Part shown: positions 17,317 to 19,670 of the stretch, one piece after another | Layout: each line of letters begins with the position of its first letter | Position numbering within the stretch: position 1 is the stretch's first letter | NCBI GenBank assembly: GCA_045106895.1 | Contig: JBGCFM010000165.1 | Coordinates: 1-19,670, forward strand | DNA from: Polyangiales bacterium | GTDB lineage: Bacteria > Myxococcota_A > Polyangia > Polyangiales > Houyiibacteriaceae | Direction of reading: 5' to 3' | DNA: 19,670 bases | Program-made: the position numbers and the translations under genes | Notes under the pieces: generated by a model | Seen by the model: the letters and a program-made list of their open reading frames with translations, nothing else | Told to the model about the DNA's origin: nothing | Databases searched by the model: none

Positions 17317-17847
17317 TCAGCGGTCCTCTTCGAGGGCTCCATGCCAGTAGAGCCAGTTCGCCCACGCTTCAGGGACGCTGCAAGCAGGGTCGATTCTGAA
17401 GGCGATGACGGGAAGCCACTTGGGCCGCACCGGCTTCTTACGAAGGCGCATCGAGGCCTGGCGCGGCGTACGCGCGCCTTTGCTTTCGTTGCACCCGTAG
17501 CAAGCCATCACGATGTTCTCCCAGGTCGTCTTTCCGCCTTGGGCGCGGGGGACAACATGGTCGTACGTCAGCTGGCGAAGCGTGTGCCTCTCGCCGCAGT
17601 ACTGGCAACTGAACTTGTCGCGAGTCGCGACGTTCATGCGCGAGAACTTAATGGCGCGCTTGCGCCCTCTCACCTTGCGCAGCATTCGCACCACCGATGG
17701 CATCTTGATGGTGATGCTCACGGAGCGGATGTCCTCGTCGTACTCCTCGACGACCTCCACCTTTCCCGCGAAGAGCATTGTCACAGCGCGCTTCCAGCTG
17801 ATGACTCTGTGAGGTTGATATCCTTGATCCAGTACTAGCGTTCTCAT
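17317..17847 (-). CDS. HNH endonuclease (McrA/HNH_5-like, Zn-binding)
   Basis: MRTLVLDQGYQP...RDKFSCQYCG...LTYDHVVPRAQGGKTTWENIVMACYGCNESKG. SD AAGGAGG before ATG 17847; the ORF-track extension to 18138 runs through tRNAs. Confidence 0.93.
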   Translation of the reverse strand: MRTLVLDQGYQPHRVISWKRAVTMLFAGKVEVVEEYDEDIRSVSITIKMPSVVRMLRKVRGRKRAIKFSRMNVATRDKFSCQYCGERHTLRQLTYDHVVPRAQGGKTTWENIVMACYGCNESKGARTPRQASMRLRKKPVRPKWLPVIAFRIDPACSVPEAWANWLYWHGALEEDR

Positions 17848-17900
17848 GTGCGACCTCCTTGTTTGTTGTTGTTTGGTTTGCCTCCTGAATGGATGGAAAA

Positions 17901-18000
17901 GCGGCGAGGGAGCTTCGCAAAGCTCCTTCATAAAAGAGAAACATTTTGAGGGTGAAGCCGCCCCCGGCGGCGAGGGAGCTTTGCAAAGCTCCTTCATAAA
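17901..18000. repeat. Two tandem REP-like units (66-bp period)
   Basis: GCGGCGAGGGAGCTTYGCAAAGCTCCTTCATAAA at 17901 and 17967. Confidence 0.85.
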
Positions 18001-18005
18001 TACGG

Positions 18006-18077
18006 CACTCGCGGAAGGACTCGAACCTTCAACCCCGTGTTTCGAAGACACGTGCGCTTCCATTGCGCCACACGAGC
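18006..18077 (-). tRNA. trnR: tRNA-Arg(UCG)
   Basis: Acceptor GCTCGTG/CGCGAGT, perfect stem CGTGT/ACACG, loop CT-TCG-AA. Followed by CCG. Confidence 0.9.
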
Positions 18078-18108
18078 AAAGCTCCGAAGAGCAAAGCGAA
18101 CAAAGAAA

Positions 18109-18184
18109 TGGAGCTCGCGGAAGGACTTGAACCTTCAACCTTGTGATTGGCTACCACCCGCTCTACCGGTTGAGCTACACGAGC
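18109..18184 (-). tRNA. trnG: tRNA-Gly(GCC), atypical A33
   Basis: Acceptor GCTCGTG/CGCGAGC, U73, CCA encoded. Loop TA-GCC-AA with a weak anticodon stem. Confidence 0.7.
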
Positions 18185-18194
18185 AAAGAGACGA

Positions 18195-18265
18195 AGAGTA
18201 TGGGGGATTCGAAACCGCAACCAGAGACTAAGAATTACCGGCTCTGCCATTTGAGCTACAAGCTC
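18195..18265 (-). pseudogene. Degenerate tRNA (apparent CUU/Lys anticodon)
   Basis: Intact D-arm TAGCTCAAATGGCAGAGC and T-loop TTCGAAT, but mismatched acceptor, anticodon and T stems and no CC end. Confidence 0.65.
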
Positions 18266-18275
18266 GTCGTCTCGG

Positions 18276-18350
18276 CGTCTCCGGAAGGACTCGAACCTTC
18301 ACATGTCCCAGCTTCGCACGCTGGCGCTCTTCCAGTTGAGCTACGAAGAC
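18276..18350 (-). tRNA. trnR: tRNA-Arg(GCG)
   Basis: Acceptor GTCTTCG/CGGAGAC, stem CCAGC/GCTGG, loop GT-GCG-AA, A20 present. Followed by CCG. Confidence 0.85.
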
Positions 18351-18404
18351 ACTTTGCATTTCATCCTGCAAAGTTCGTTTGAGGGGGAATCCCTCAGTGG
18401 AAAG

Positions 18405-18480
18405 TGGAACCCTCGGACGGACTCGAACCGTCACCTCTCGATTTAGAAGATCGAAGCCCTTCCAATTGGACCACGAGGGC
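18405..18480 (-). tRNA. trnR: tRNA-Arg(UCU)
   Basis: Acceptor GCCCTCG/CGAGGGT, loop CT-TCT-AA, CCA encoded. Confidence 0.9.
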
Positions 18481-18484
18481 ATGC

Positions 18485-18557
18485 TGGAGTGACGGGTGGG
18501 AATCGAACCCACTTGTCTGGGGTTGCAGTCCAGTCGCTGGCCATTTGCATCCGTCAC
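18485..18557 (-). tRNA. trnC: tRNA-Cys(GCA)
   Basis: Acceptor GTGACGG/CCGTCAC, U73, CCA encoded, loop CT-GCA-AC. Weak D-arm. Confidence 0.8.
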
Positions 18558-18636
18558 GCAAGCCGCTTGTGGCGGCCGTCATAAGAACGCCCTCGCTCCC
18601 CACCCGGTCGCACGAGTCATGGGAAGCGAGAACGTT

Positions 18637-18711
18637 TGGAGCGCCCGGCGGGGTTCGAACCCGCTCCGCCTGGGTGGAAACCAGGTGTGCTGCCGAGAAC
18701 ACCTCGGGCGC
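18637..18711 (-). tRNA. trnG: tRNA-Gly(UCC)
   Basis: Acceptor GCGCCCG/CGGGCGC, U73, CCA encoded, loop TT-TCC-AC. Confidence 0.88.
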
Positions 18712-18766
18712 GTGTTTGCGTCACCTTCGAGACGCACAGTTCAAAGCTCACGTGCTGCGCACGCGG

Positions 18767-18838
18767 TATGCCCGGGTGGAATCGAACCACCGTAGTTCGC
18801 ATATAAGACGAACGTCCTCACCATTGGACGACGGGCAT
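18767..18838 (-). tRNA. trnI: tRNA-Ile(UAU)
   Basis: Acceptor ATGCCCG/CGGGCAT, A73, stem TTCGT/GCGAA, loop CT-TAT-AT. Followed by CCG. Confidence 0.85.
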
Positions 18839-18842
18839 AGAA

Positions 18843-18921
18843 TGGGTTGACTGGGGGGACTCGAACCCCTCTTACACCCGGATCACAACCGGGCCCCTCG
18901 TCCACTTCGGGATCAGCCAAC
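18843..18921 (-). tRNA. trnH: tRNA-His(GUG)
   Basis: G-1:C73 pair, acceptor TTGGCTG/CAGTCAA, loop TT-GTG-AT, CCA encoded. Confidence 0.88.
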
Positions 18922-18959
18922 ATAGTTCAGAGAAGAACCATCGTGTGCAGTGCACACGG

Positions 18960-19031
18960 TCCGCCTGGGTGGAATCGAACCACCGTTTCTTGTGTATCAG
19001 ACCAGTGTCCTCACCATTGGACGACAGGCGG
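18960..19031 (-). tRNA. trnI: tRNA-Ile(GAU)
   Basis: Acceptor CCGCCTG/CAGGCGG, A73, loop CT-GAT-AC. Followed by CCG. Confidence 0.85.
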
Positions 19032-19051
19032 GTTGGGCCACGCGGGCCCGG

Positions 19052-19123
19052 TGTCGCAAGCTGGAATTGAACCAGCGCCTCTCGGGCTTCAACCGAGCGC
19101 TCTACCTGCTGAGCTATCGCAAC
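19052..19123 (-). tRNA. trnF: tRNA-Phe(GAA)
   Basis: Acceptor GTTGCGA/TTGCGAC, loop TT-GAA-GC. Followed by CCG. Confidence 0.9.
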
Positions 19124-19160
19124 GTCTTTCGTTCAGCGAAGCTTGAACTCCGATGAGACT

Positions 19161-19238
19161 TGGCGGGGCCAGGGGGATTTGAACCCCCGGTCTCCTGATC
19201 GACAATCAGGCGTCCACTCCAAACTGGACCGTGACCCC
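19161..19238 (-). tRNA. trnD: tRNA-Asp(GUC)
   Basis: Acceptor GGGGTCA/TGGCCCC, G73, CCA encoded, loop TT-GTC-GA. Confidence 0.9.
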
Positions 19239-19241
19239 TTG

Positions 19242-19490
19242 TTTATGAGGGAGCTTTGCAAAGCTCCCTCGCCGCCTTCGGCGGCTCCGTCCTCAAAACA
19301 TTTCTCTTATGCAAGGTCACTCGCCGCCTTCGGCGGCTCCGTCCTCAAAACACTTCTTTTATGAACGGTCGCTCGCCGCCTATGGCGGCTTCGCGCTCAA
19401 AACACTTCTTTTATGAAAGGTCGCTCGCCGCCTATGGCGGCTTCGCGCTCAAAACACTTCTGTTTCTAGGAAGGAGCTTGGCAAAGCTCC
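19242..19490. repeat. Tandem REP-like repeat cluster (4 copies, 52-bp period) bracketed by palindromes
   Basis: CTCGCCGCC-TTC/TAT-GGCGGCT...CTCAAAACA starts at 19268, 19320, 19372 and 19424. GGAGCTTKGCAAAGCTCC occurs at 19250 and 19473. Confidence 0.9.
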
Positions 19491-19494
19491 CGCT

Positions 19495-19569
19495 TGGCGC
19501 CGAGGGCTGGATTCGAACCAGCGCGAATCCGGTTAACAACCGGCCGCTCTGCCACTGAGCTACCTCGGA
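19495..19569 (-). tRNA. trnN: tRNA-Asn(GUU)
   Basis: Acceptor TCCGAGG/CCTCGGC (1:72 mismatch), G73, CCA encoded, loop TT-GTT-AA. Confidence 0.88.
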
Positions 19570-19662
19570 AAATGGGCGAGCGCAGATTGAGCGCACGCCG
19601 CAAGAGTCTTCTTCGGTTTTCAAAAAACGCGCAGGTGCACGTCTGGCGCACGAATGCACCGG

Positions 19663-19670
19663 CACGGGAG
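19663..19670 (-). tRNA. Probable 3' end of a further tRNA truncated by the window edge
   Basis: The minus strand reads CTCCCGT-G-CCG, matching the acceptor-strand/discriminator/CC pattern of the array. Only 8 nt are visible. Confidence 0.3.

Noticed and set aside
17848..18138. N-terminal extension of the HNH ORF
   Set aside because: It runs through repeats and tRNA genes. A strong SD and the family-typical N-terminus support ATG 17847.
19242..19490. CRISPR array
   Set aside because: The units are near-identical along their whole 52-bp length, with no unique spacers, and no cas genes are present.

Overview
GC-rich bacterial DNA whose gene content (Hanks-type Ser/Thr kinase, TPR proteins, Cys-rich lipoproteins) suggests a myxobacterium; this taxonomy is an inference. 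Bases 1-15451 are protein-coding: a partial Cys-rich protein, a GT4 glycosyltransferase, a membrane Ser/Thr kinase, and two paralogous 'TPR protein + lipoprotein' modules. Between the modules lies an atypical group II intron-like reverse transcriptase (FGDD, PTG) whose stop overlaps the start of a large multi-pass membrane protein. DUF4013-like, DUF547 and hypothetical genes follow. Bases 15452-19670 hold a minus-strand tRNA array: 18 intact-looking tRNAs, one degenerate tRNA and probably another cut by the window edge. It includes rare anticodons (Ile-UAU, Arg-UCG, Arg-GCG) and embeds an Rnl2-family RNA ligase, an HNH endonuclease, REP-like palindromic repeats and stand-alone hairpins. The two best leads are the RT + membrane protein operon and the tRNA array with its ligase and nuclease. 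All calls were made by eye, without database searches.
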